Shown piece by piece: positions 53,375-64,000 of a stretch of 64,000 nt of DNA. The stretch comes from Paraglomus brasilianum (taxonomy: Eukaryota), in NCBI GenBank assembly GCA_910592345.1, contig CAJVPI010000020.1:1-64000 (forward strand). Direction: 5' to 3'. Under the pieces are notes generated by a model. That model was not told where the DNA came from. It searched no databases and saw only the letters and a list, made by a program, of their open reading frames with translations. Within the stretch, counting starts at the first letter, position 1; the number at the start of each line of letters is the position of its first letter. The translations under genes were made by a program, and so were the position numbers.

Positions 53375-56300
53375 ATGGAGATTAATCAAATTCCTCCCGT
53401 TGAATACGTGGAACAGGTAAGTTATTCACGAGAATGCATTTAGGATATGCATTTATCTCATTTACTACGTAAATTTATCATGATGTAGGCAATACAACAA
53501 CTTTATGGTAACGGAAACCATAGGGAAGCCCAAGAGTATTTACATAGCCTTCAAAAAAAATCGTATGCATGGGACTTAGCTCCCCAATTACTACGCTCAG
53601 AGGCATGTAATTAGCTTAGCTATAGCTAGATGGACAACTGCCAATGATTACTGCTAATACTCATCACTCCAATATCTACCAGGCTGTAAACTCTCAATTC
53701 TTCGGTGCTCACACATTTCAGGTCAAGATCTCTAGAGACTGGTATGCGGCTATGATCGATCCTTTGTCTTGTTCTCTTCTATGCAACAACTTCGACTAAA
53801 CCTCTGTTTATTGGCCAAATATTTAGGAAATCTTTGCCAGATGATCGCAAAATCTGGCTCCGCGACGAATTAATTCGCTGGCTGATTCACTTCTCCAATG
53901 GCCCATCGGTAGTCACTACAAAACTATCAACCGCGGTAACACATATTCTTTTTATCAGGCCGCGCAATTTATGTCTAACGGTCTTTGTGAAAATTTCCCT
54001 TTAATAAAAATTTGTTTCTTCTAGCTTGCAGCATATACAATCAATGCCATACCAAATGTATGGACGAATTGTATAGCGGAGCTCTTTCAGTATCTTCAAT
54101 CAGGGGCAATGGCACTCGGGAGACAAGATCTAGCTGTAGAGCTACCGTTGTTAGAATATTTGACTGTGTTGCCGGAGGAAGTTTCGACTACTGATTTTGT
54201 TGACAAGCAGAGGTAATTATAAGTTGGATAACTAGAATGCTGTCTAATGTATATGGAAATATATTTACATGACATGTTGATTCAGGATAAGCGTTCATAA
54301 GGAATTAAAAGATGCAGTGCCATTGGTAATGTCGACGTTGCAATCATTTCTGGCTCAAAATGATCGATCAGAGCGAAGCATTCTGTTAAAGCAAAAGAGC
54401 CTTAGGTGCTTGGAAAGCTGGATAGCGTATAATGTGCCATTTGAGTAAGTACCCGAAAATCTAGCCTGCATAGTTGATATTTTGTTGACAAAACGTCGTA
54501 TTTAATCTTTAGGTCTCTCCTGCCATTGATCGATCACGTTATCGAATTATTTCCATGTGAAGAGACACATGAATCAGCAACAGAAGTATTAATTCAGTTC
54601 TTAGATCAGCCGTCAGTAACCTCAATTCAAGATACTGTCTGTGATTTAATAATGAGATGTTTTGCTAGTGAATGGACAAAATCAAGAATAGCAGAAGCCT
54701 TTAATGGTAGAAAAAATATAATATTCTTCGTTTTATACTTAACAGTTGCGACAACGATAATAGTAACTAGTGGTTTATTAACTGATACCTTTATCTACTG
54801 TAGAATCCGATGAACACGCGGTAAAGAATCTATGCCGTCTTATGACGGTGTTTGGCGATACTTTCACCAACTACATTGCCAAACACTTTATTCGTCCAGA
54901 CATTATGATATATTTGGAAATGATGCTTACATTCACAGGCTTTCCCGGTTATTATGCTCAAGATCAGGAGATATCCTTTGTTTTCATCTTCTGTATTAAA
55001 TTTAATTAATGGAATTTGTAAAAAATCCTCAACACCAGAATTGTTAACACATTGGCGAAATGACGCTCCAATTCTGGGTCCCTCTCCAAGAGGCTATTTA
55101 TGATCCATACGTGATACCTATTCGAACCAACCCATCAGAGGACAACAAATATACTGTTCACGTCTTTGGTAACGCTGCGCCTCAAGCAGGGACATTATCA
55201 ACTGAAGAAGCCCAGAATATTAGAGATGCGGCAATTATATTGTTTAAAAGATTAATTGAAATATTGAGAGTAAAGCTGCAACTGCCACCCGAAGATGAAT
55301 GGAATGAATGGCATGAGGGTAAGTTGGAGTGTAGACAGACTTAGTTTATAGACAATTTTTTGTTGATAATAATAGCATAACTCTCATTTGTTAGAGACAA
55401 AACAAAAGTTTAGATCCTATCGCCGAGATATTGGAGATATTATCTTGAGTGCATATGTCATTCTGCATGAAGAGCTTCTTGCTTACTTTATAGATCTTAT
55501 CGCAAACCAATTAAACACTCCCAATAGCGATTTCAATCGTTACGAGGTATTATTATATTCCACATATTCTGTCAATTTATATTTTGTGATTTATAGAAAA
55601 TTACTTTTGCATTAATTATACTGTAGGACGCAGAATCAACACTATATTGTATTAAAGCTATTTCAGAGTCAATGAGTAACTCGGAAAATACTTATCTACC
55701 AAGGCTCTTTGGTGCTGAAATATATGGACGGTTACCATCGCACGGACAGACAAGATTGAGGAATACGGCTTTAGTATTAATCGGTAAAATATAAATATGT
55801 GATTACAGCGTCTGTCGAAATTTACGAATTGTACTGTTCGCAACATATTCATAGGATTATCTAATCGTATTGGATATCATTATAGGTTCCTACGCTGAGT
55901 GGTTGAACGAAAACCCGGATTTCCTGTTTCCATCTATCAATTACATAATGGCTAGTCTAAATGAACCTGGGCTCTCCTCCAGTGCCGCCACGGCATTCAA
56001 AGATGTCTGTGAGCTATGTCGTAATCACTTAGTAAATGTAGTAGAAACCATGGTAAATGCGTATTTATCGCTTGGATCCCATGTTCAGGTAAATAGTTTC
56101 ATGACGTCATTACGTGTGCATTTTAGTCTGTCAGTATAAGAGACTCAAATGGCTGCTGGATCATAGCCACCACAAAGACAAAAGATTATTGAATCAATAG
56201 CGGACGTCTTACAGAATTTGCCACTAGAGAAGATGGTACAACCTATCCTGGTAAGTTGACGAGTTGAAAAATATTTGTCACGCTAATCTCGCGTATGCTG

Positions 56301-58106
56301 AAGGGAGAGTAAAACTTATAGGTATTAACAGGGCATATCATAGAGAAGAGCAAAGAAATCATCTCACATGTACAGGTATGTAATTTTACCACTTTAGAGA
56401 AAACTATTCATTTGCTGCTTGTTACTTCGATTCAGGAATTCATCCGCCCATTTACATTAATACAGGATCCACCTGTGTTCCGAGACTCCATAATGATTCA
56501 ACTTGGTTATCTCACGTCATGTGCACGGGGTATACAAGCTAGAGACGAGGAACCAATTCTTGTGGATGTTGACAAGGGTAATTTACGAATACAGGCCGTG
56601 TTCGCATCAGCGACTGTTACATCCTTCACATCTACGATAACTGACATTATTGGAAGTATTGCTAACGTTTGGTATCAAGATCAGGATGTTATGGAGGTAA
56701 CTACTATTAATATTTGGCAATTAGACTACAGTTATAAATGCGAGATACAGGAAAATATATACGTTATGATAAAAATGACACGATTCTACCAACACAACTG
56801 ATATTTATCGCACCATTATGTTTATAAACCCTCCCCCCCTTTCCAAAGTCAGTTTGTAAATTTCTAAATGCTGGAATACGGGATCCACTCCACCTTCTTT
56901 CACTTCCATTTGAGTTCATCATTCGTCTAATCCAAAACTTTTATTCTCGAAAACAACACCCATGTTTGATGGACACTGCTGCACAACTATTGACGGTCTA
57001 CGGGTCTAGGAGTGAATACAAAGATGTGTTCCAAGAGATGCTTGCAACGTTCACTGTCAGCACTCTGAGTATCGTTACTAACCAGAATGGTAAGAATTAT
57101 CCAATAATCGATGCCGATGAGTTGCGCTGGGAAAGTCTTATGGTGAATAATTATGTGGATTTCGGTCCTCCATTCTGTAGACATAGAGGATTGTCCAGAT
57201 GTGGTTAATTCGTATTTCGAGCTGCTTTCAAAGGTATATATTGTTTCTAGTTTTGTTAATTGTTAGTGTTTCGAAAATATCTCGTTAGATACAATCTAAC
57301 GTTTTTGCATTCAGTTCATAATGAAGTGTCCGATATCATTTTACTCTATTCCGTCGGACATGTTCAAGAGCATAATCATGTTCTCTATAGCTGGTCTTCG
57401 TACCTATGAGCGACTTGCGCTGAAAGCGGCTATTAACTTTATGGTAAATCTTTTTCACGAAGACCGTCTACTCATACTCTACCTTCTCACTAATTATAGT
57501 TTAAATACAGAAAGAATTCCTAGGCCAAAGTTACCATGATGATCAATTGAATGCAGCAAGTGAGAAAGTAATCATGACTTATGGGTTGGAGATAATGACG
57601 GAATTATTAGCAGTAAGTTTCGAAACGGATGTTGCAACAATCAATATAAATATCGATTAAAAAATCATTTCCCTACTACTACAGGGAATAGGTGGGAAAA
57701 CGCCAAGGTCTTACGTACCATTAGTGGCTGACGTGCTCTATAAGATGACTAGTCGACATGTTGAGGCTAGTAGTAATTGGTTGAGAGTTTTACTTTCTCA
57801 GGTAATGGACGAATTGTTGGCGAGTCTTTACGAATTCTCGGTAGCGCATTATTCACTAATCTCTCGCCATTCCAAACAGGACAACTTCCCTTCGCGTAAT
57901 GTCAAGCAGGACGCAAAAGATTTGTTTGCAAAAAGTATTCTTGGGTAAGCCTGCTTATTATGTTCATCCAAATTGAGAATATCTAAAAGTCTGATTTCCC
58001 ATTTGTTTTTTTTAGGACGCGTAATATACGCAGATACAAGGATTTGGTTAATGATTTCTCGCTGAAATGTCGAGGTTTGGAGAATACAGCATATGGGCGC
58101 ATATGA
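53375..58106 (+). CDS. Importin-beta family karyopherin, importin-13/transportin-SR-like, about 20 exons
   Basis: AIQQLYG...AQEYLHSLQ..YAWDLAPQLL...FFGAHTFQVKISRDW, LEYLTVLPEE, FRSYRRDIGD, IGSYAEWL, GIGGKTPRS, FSLKCRGLENTAYG. Confidence 0.9.
54971..55050 (+). other. U12-type (minor spliceosome) AT-AC intron
   Basis: 5' splice site ATATCCTTT, branch-like TCCTCAAC, 3' AC. Removal joins DQE|IGEMTLQFW in frame. Confidence 0.9.
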
Positions 58107-58267
58107 GGATATCCTTACTACTTAAATATAATTAATTGGTACGTCTGCCAACAGCATAGTTAATATTAATGAAGATGTGAATGAAACTTCTAATAGAACA
58201 TTATCATGTAACACAAATGAGAGCTGGTGTGGTAGAAAGTAACTAATTTGACTAGTGACATTTAAAT

Positions 58268-58755
58268 CCGGAAGTCATAACTCGACAATAAATGGTATGA
58301 CTTTAAAACCTTTCAACTCCACCAAAAACTTATATTTTTAAAAACTGACGGTAATTTTCTTCATGATAAGGTCTATAAAGTTACCGGTCAGATTTTTAAA
58401 CTTGGGTTACTTTTATGAACTTTTTTGGTGAAATTTATTATTGTTGTTTTCGATTTGCAATGCAGATAATTTAATGGTAACTACAATGCAATTATAAAGA
58501 AAAGTGTGTGGTGACCAGCTAGTGAAATCAACGATACCCGTAGATACTGCTATAGAAATCTTATAAAATTGTCAACGTGATAATTCGGTCCAGATTTTCT
58601 TCAACAACGATCAATATTAGAAGAAGCAATTATCAAATGAGGAGGGAGAATGGGCTGTTACTAAGTTAAATTATATCATAATGATAAAGTATTGAAAGAA
58701 TTATAGAATATGAAAATACCCATAGTTAATTGAAATCTCGAGTTATGACTTCTGG
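58268..58755. mobile_element. Non-autonomous TIR element (MITE-like), about 490 bp
   Basis: CCGGAAGTCATAACTCGA (58268-58285) and TCGAGTTATGACTTCTGG (58738-58755) are a 17/18 inverted match. No clear target-site duplication. Confidence 0.6.
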
Positions 58756-58777
58756 CATCATATTAACAAAAAACGTC

Positions 58778-59001
58778 TTGAGAACAAGACCTTTCAAATA
58801 ATATAAAAATCGCGATTGTTATTTGAGAGAGAAGTGCAAAAACAAGAACAAGACGGATGTCAATTTTGTAATTTCGACGACAATTTTATTTTTAAATTTT
58901 TGTCATAATAAAAATTCATAAATGCAAATTTGACGTTAATAACAAACTTTGTTGAGAACAAGAGCTTTCAAATGATGTAAAAATCGTAACTATTTATTTG
59001 A
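58778..59001 (+). repeat. Two diverged ~50-bp direct repeats
   Basis: TTGAGAACAAGACCTTTCAAATAATATAAAAATCG at 58778 versus TTGAGAACAAGAGCTTTCAAATGATGTAAAAATCG at 58952. Confidence 0.7.
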
Positions 59002-59598
59002 AAAACGTTCAAAATAGTTTTGGGGACAAACTTTGTGTACATCAGGAAGAGTTTGTAACATATATCAATCCTCTTTCGGTGTTTTGCCGTGTTGGACTGA
59101 ATCAACACGTTCCATTGATCCGCGTTTACTCCGCCAATTCTTATAACTCGTTCGTAATATTCAACCTACTTATTGTACACGTCCCAGTCTTGCAATCTCG
59201 TTAAGTTTGTTAAACGCGTAGATGATCACGTTTTGATATATATACACACTCTAATTCAGTTTTCCAAATTACAGAGTTTGAAGCCAAAGCCGAAATTTAA
59301 TTTTCGACCAATATGTTACTATTTCGGCTAATGTAACATAATACAGATAATTCAAGCGAACTGCTTTCTCTAACCATATTACCATATCGATATTGTACTG
59401 ATAGCATTAAGATTTGCTGAGGGATGTCTTTATTTGAGGAACTTGCACATTACATATTGGTTCCACAACTTTGATTACTTTTGTCTTAGCTATTGGCGCG
59501 TACCCTTGACGGTGGTCTCATTATTGATTATATCGATATAATATAGTCTAAATGTTTAATAAATAGTTCATCTGCCAGAATACATGTTGCCGGATCCT

Positions 59599-61656
59599 CT
59601 ATTCCAGTCGTCTCTTGTAGTTCGTATGACTAACTGAAGCAGCAAATGCCAATATCCACTTCGTATCATGTAAAGTATACTTAAGTGCACGTGTCCATTG
59701 CTCATCGTGACCAATATGCCGCTTTATGGATACATCACCTATCTTGTCTTTATTTATTCTAACAAAGGCAAAACTCGAATGAGATACTTTTTCCTGTAAT
59801 AAAAGATGCGACACTAGAATCTTTATCCTGAGCCAAATACTTACCGGTAAGGCAGCTTAATGTTACGATCTTGTTTCTCAGCGTATTCACCCAATTGCTG
59901 CAAACAGTTGAGAAATGCAACCATAGCCGTATCAAAGCGACCGTTCTGAAATACTCTACTTATAGCATAGTCCCCTGAACCGTAACTGATTCAATAATAA
60001 AGATTAATACCGATACAGATGAAAATTCAATCTGCTACAGAATTATTTACACTTACAGTTCATAGACGGCCCTATCGCCTTCTATTTTCTCTATCTTGGA
60101 GAAAGAGCCTAGTGGTATAAGACGATACCTGCAAAAAACAAACGAGTTGACATGCACCATCTAATAAATGTTTCCATGTACAAAGGTGTTCAAATGGAAA
60201 AATGACATACGTCTTAAAAGTAAAATTGAGCTTATTCGCAATCGTAGAGAGTAATAGCACCGTCTGACCCCATGCTGCATTGATCTCGTTCCATTCCACC
60301 TAATCGAAAGCGATAAAAAAAAATTCGACAGGTTTACAAATATTATAAAATTCCAAAGCAGCGAATTCATCACTCCCAGCCTTCTCTCCTATCATACTCG
60401 TAGTAATCTCTAAACTTACCCTTTGGGTCGGCAGATATCCCAACCGAAAACCATTTATCGTTCCAAAATGTCCTTCATTCACAATGTAAAAGGTATCATT
60501 ATAAACGTTGGTCTTCTGAAGCTTCTCAAGCTGTCTCGTATCATGATCATATTTGAGGTTCACGCTGTCACGTTCATTCTGAAACGCGCTCAGCTGAATG
60601 TGAAAGTCATTAAACTCCTGCCAGTACCTAAAAAAATTACAGGCAACAAATTTGTTCGAGAAAATAATGCAATATGAGCTAGAGCTCGATTACAGCGAGT
60701 AATCAACTCGCGTCAATTCGATCATATACCTCTCCTCCATTTTATCGAGTTCACGTGCCTCTGCTTCTAGGGCTTCTAACTCCTTTTTCAACGAATCCCG
60801 CTCGTGCTCGATATTTGTTATCGTTTCAATAGCGGCCGCCTCCCTTACTTTTATCTAATACAAAACGCATTGTTTTTTTTTCAGCAAAGTACAATTCGCC
60901 TAAAACGTGGTTGCACGAATAGACTAGAAACTTAATATTGTGCAAATTATCAATGAATAAAACAAACCTCTTTGATTTCTTTCTTCAAGTTTTCTCCTTC
61001 CTCATCGCTTATCAAACTTGAATTAATCTTCTTTAAAAAATCAACATAACATTCTTTCTCCTTTGACGCGTCAGATAACTGCTTGCTCAGAGAATCTAGT
61101 AACATATCCGTACACTCTACACAGATAGGATGTGTGATTTCTGATCTTTGCGACATTATATCGAGTAGTCGAGATGTTACTTTCAATCTATATGATAACG
61201 AAGTACGTTGATCCGTTGAGGTTGCATCAGACGAAGATAGGGGAAGAGAAGGTTGAGAAAGGGGAGCTATCTGTGAGCGAGAAAGTACAACGTATGATTC
61301 GGATGGGCCGAGATAGGATTCTTTGTTTGGAAACTGCTGTATCGGGCGCGAAGGATGTAACTTCGATGTTTTATGAGACATCGACGACGGATGCTCGGAA
61401 AAATGAGGAAGACGTGAGTCGCGGTAATGAGAATTGTCTTCGGGTAGTGTGGCTTAAGAGATCGAGGTACAATAGGAAAATGTAAGCAAAGAGGTGTCCG
61501 AATTGGGCGTCATTCTAAAGATTGTTAAGCTTCTTCTTACTTACACAATAAGAGATCTACGTTCGCCTTGCTTAGGTCGTTTAAAGAGTCGTCTATCCTT
61601 AGCGGTTGTTTACATCTTTGGCAGTTAAATATAGAATGTGAGTCTCTTGCCTGCAT
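59599..61656 (-). CDS. ATG6: Beclin-1 / Atg6 / Vps30, multi-exon
   Basis: [71 protein letters not shown]. Confidence 0.96.
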
Positions 61657-62198
61657 TTCTAACTTTTTCGTTAAACTTTCTGAATATGTGGGAGTTTATA
61701 TATCTCTTTTTATTCTGGGCACAAACTATTGGCCAATCAAACCAAGTCGCAGTATAAGCTTCCACAAACTTCATGATTTCTGCTAAGGAAGTACATTGTC
61801 AAGCTATATATTATATGCTTACGGAGTCAAGGCACAAAAGCGGTGCGGAAATACATATACCCTTATAATAATTTAAAAGGGAACAGCATAGCTCACACAA
61901 AGGAACAGTCGACCAAAGAGAATCACTGGCGAGGCTTCTAAAGCATTATGGCAGTAGATAAGACTCTCTCAATTAGGTAGGACTTTGGCGATCATGTTAA
62001 CGAAAAAAGAAGTGACGTGGCTGCGCTCTGCCATAGTGGAATGATTTTCTAGAAACACTATTAAATTGGGTTAAAAGCTGTAAATTTCTAGACTTTATAA
62101 TTAGTCGCATTAAACCCCATATACATATAGTAGAAGCGCTATTAAATTCTCGAGGGATTAAAAACTATAATTTTTCTAAACTTATGATTAATTACATT

Positions 62199-62722
62199 AC
62201 GCGTCATAATAGACTTTGCAATCTTGGCAAGTCCCCTCTTCTACGAATTTCCCTGGGTCTTGGTGTTCTATGTACTGCAAAAGTAACTTACATTGCTATA
62301 ATGAAATTTTTCTCGTATGTATTGTCTTCATAACTATTATCAGAATTAGAAGTGCGAAAAGTATAAAATAGTAAATCCCCCATTGGCATGTACTAGCGAT
62401 TAAAAACTGTAATTTTATACTAAAACTCTTCAAGATATACTTAGACAGCTCCCGTGAATAAATCAATATATGGAACATAGAATGAGGAATACCCTAATCC
62501 GATTTATTGCTCAATAAAGAACTCGAAAACTCTACTCTTATTATAATGCACGTAATTATTCTAAATTAACAGTGAAGCGTCTATACGGCAAATCAATATT
62601 GATAAAAGTGATAAAGACAATACATACGAGAAACCCTTCATTATAGCAACGTAAGTTATTTTGCGGTATATAGAACACCAAGACCCAGAGAAGAGGGGAT
62701 TGCAAAGCCTATTATGACGTGT
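62199..62722. mobile_element. Long-TIR non-autonomous element (MULE/foldback-like MITE), about 520 bp
   Basis: 62199-62342 is an imperfect inverted copy of 62600-62722. Examples: CTGGGTCTTGGTGTTCTAT / ATAGAACACCAAGACCCAG and TTTCTCGTATGTATTGTCTT / AAGACAATACATACGAGAAA. Confidence 0.8.
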
Positions 62723-62729
62723 TCAATAG

Positions 62730-63330
62730 AATGTATAATAAAGTTGATTACTATCATTTATTTACCAAATTCTCAAAAGAATTAATATTTCCCTTGTCAG
62801 TGTTAGAAGATACACTAACCTGTCAAGTAGGCACCAGCGATCGCATCGTTGAAAAAGTCTTGCATTCTCTCGAAACCAACATTTTCCAAGAAATCGAATG
62901 ATCGAATATTATGATGATACTTGGGAGGCTATCAATAATGCTCTTCGAAGTCCGCAAGCAGTTTGGCTTATTGGACTAGGGAGATGATCAAACAACATTG
63001 CAATTGTTTTAGAAGATTGACGCACATTTAGAACGTGGAGAAAACACGCTGAAATTCTACAGGTATGTAAACAATTGGTGAAGGATGCTGTAGATTGATA
63101 ATATCGTGAAAACGTTATTAACGAGGAAAAGAAGTTATGTCTTTTGGAATCTCTCAAGGTAGTTGATTTGGCAGAGCAGGTATTTGGAGTAAACCATGCT
63201 GGAGCCGACTTGTTGATGAGATCAGTGGGTGGCATCCGATAACCGGAAAAATAAACAATAGTATAAAACAAGCCTGTATCGAGCATCGGACACGGCGGTT
63301 GCAGGTGCAAAAAGTCTGCTCGTGCTCCCT
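62730..63330 (+). pseudogene. Decayed coding sequence of unknown family
   Basis: Protein-like reading (YYDDTWEAINNALRSPQAVWLIG...EEKKLCLLESLKVVDLAEQVFG) interrupted by TGA/TAA stops. Family not recognised. Confidence 0.3.
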
Positions 63331-64000
63331 ACTGCTCCTGTCATACGTCTGTTAGTATTAGTAAAATCGACAACCTTACAATCAAGTTCAGTTAACACGG
63401 TGCAAGACTTGTTGCGATAGAATACTCCTAACGGGCGAAGAAACATTAAAGGATTGTTCTTTTGACAAATATACACGTCTCTGCCTAAATTTTACCTGAA
63501 ATTGATCTATTTTTAGCAGCTAATTCTAATATTCTATCGATTGTTCTTTAGTATACGTTTAGAATGTACTGAAGCGTTTCATCACTATTTCCGCACTGTT
63601 TTAGCGTGCTCGTATTACCAATGTTCGGAATGTTGCAATAGTGCTTGTACCCTGCAATAGTGATTGTAGTGATTGTAGTGATCGTACCTCGCAACGCTAT
63701 CCCTCCTTCCGATAAATAAAGGAGAGAATACGCGAGCATCACAGCCTGCTATTTTTTTTTACCCACATTATCCATGCGGTCCTCAGACGGTGGATAATGC
63801 CTGGAAGTGTGAAGAAGAGATGTCATCAGACAGTGACCTTTTCAACACATCCTGTTTATTGGTTTAACCCTCAGGTGATCAGTTGGCAGAAGTGCAAGTA
63901 GAAAGACCTCACTTACCCTCAGGTGGTGAACTTTCTATTTGTAATGGTAAGCCACCAAGTTTTGTGTGGTCCTCAGACAGCAGACTGGTGGCAAATATAG

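Noticed and set aside
1..64000. CRISPR arrays, rRNA and tRNA genes
   Set aside because: No repeat-spacer array, rRNA-like sequence or convincing cloverleaf was seen. tRNAscan-SE and Rfam scans would be needed to exclude them formally.

Overview
Eukaryotic, AT-rich, intron-dense fungal DNA. It is most likely Glomeromycota (arbuscular mycorrhizal lineage); this is inferred from a TKL-type kinase with the WIPF/WIEY repeat N-terminus, a Crinkler-like remnant and a U12-type intron. About 13 conserved multi-exon genes are readable: a HIT hydrolase, a TPR protein, SNW1/PRP45, RAD6, a ZIP7/YKE4 transporter, STE14, tricalbin, an MTC2-like protein, ZNF277, a divergent PDK/BCKDK kinase, fimbrin, an ICE2/NARG2-like protein, importin-13-like and ATG6/Beclin. 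Decayed mobile DNA lies between them. The highlight is a transposon nest at 37.6-40.6 kb. It holds a full-length but decayed Fanzor2 (IS607-TnpB-derived eukaryotic RNA-guided nuclease) gene that has a spliceosomal intron, is followed by a hairpin-rich candidate omegaRNA, and sits between a pogo/Tigger 5' end and a Tc1 transposase remnant. Other notable items are an intact three-exon Mrr-like (DGGID...QCK) nuclease with a coiled coil and C-terminal transmembrane anchor, a U12 AT-AC intron, GC-AG introns and two TIR-bounded non-autonomous elements. All gene models and family calls were made by eye; no searches were run.
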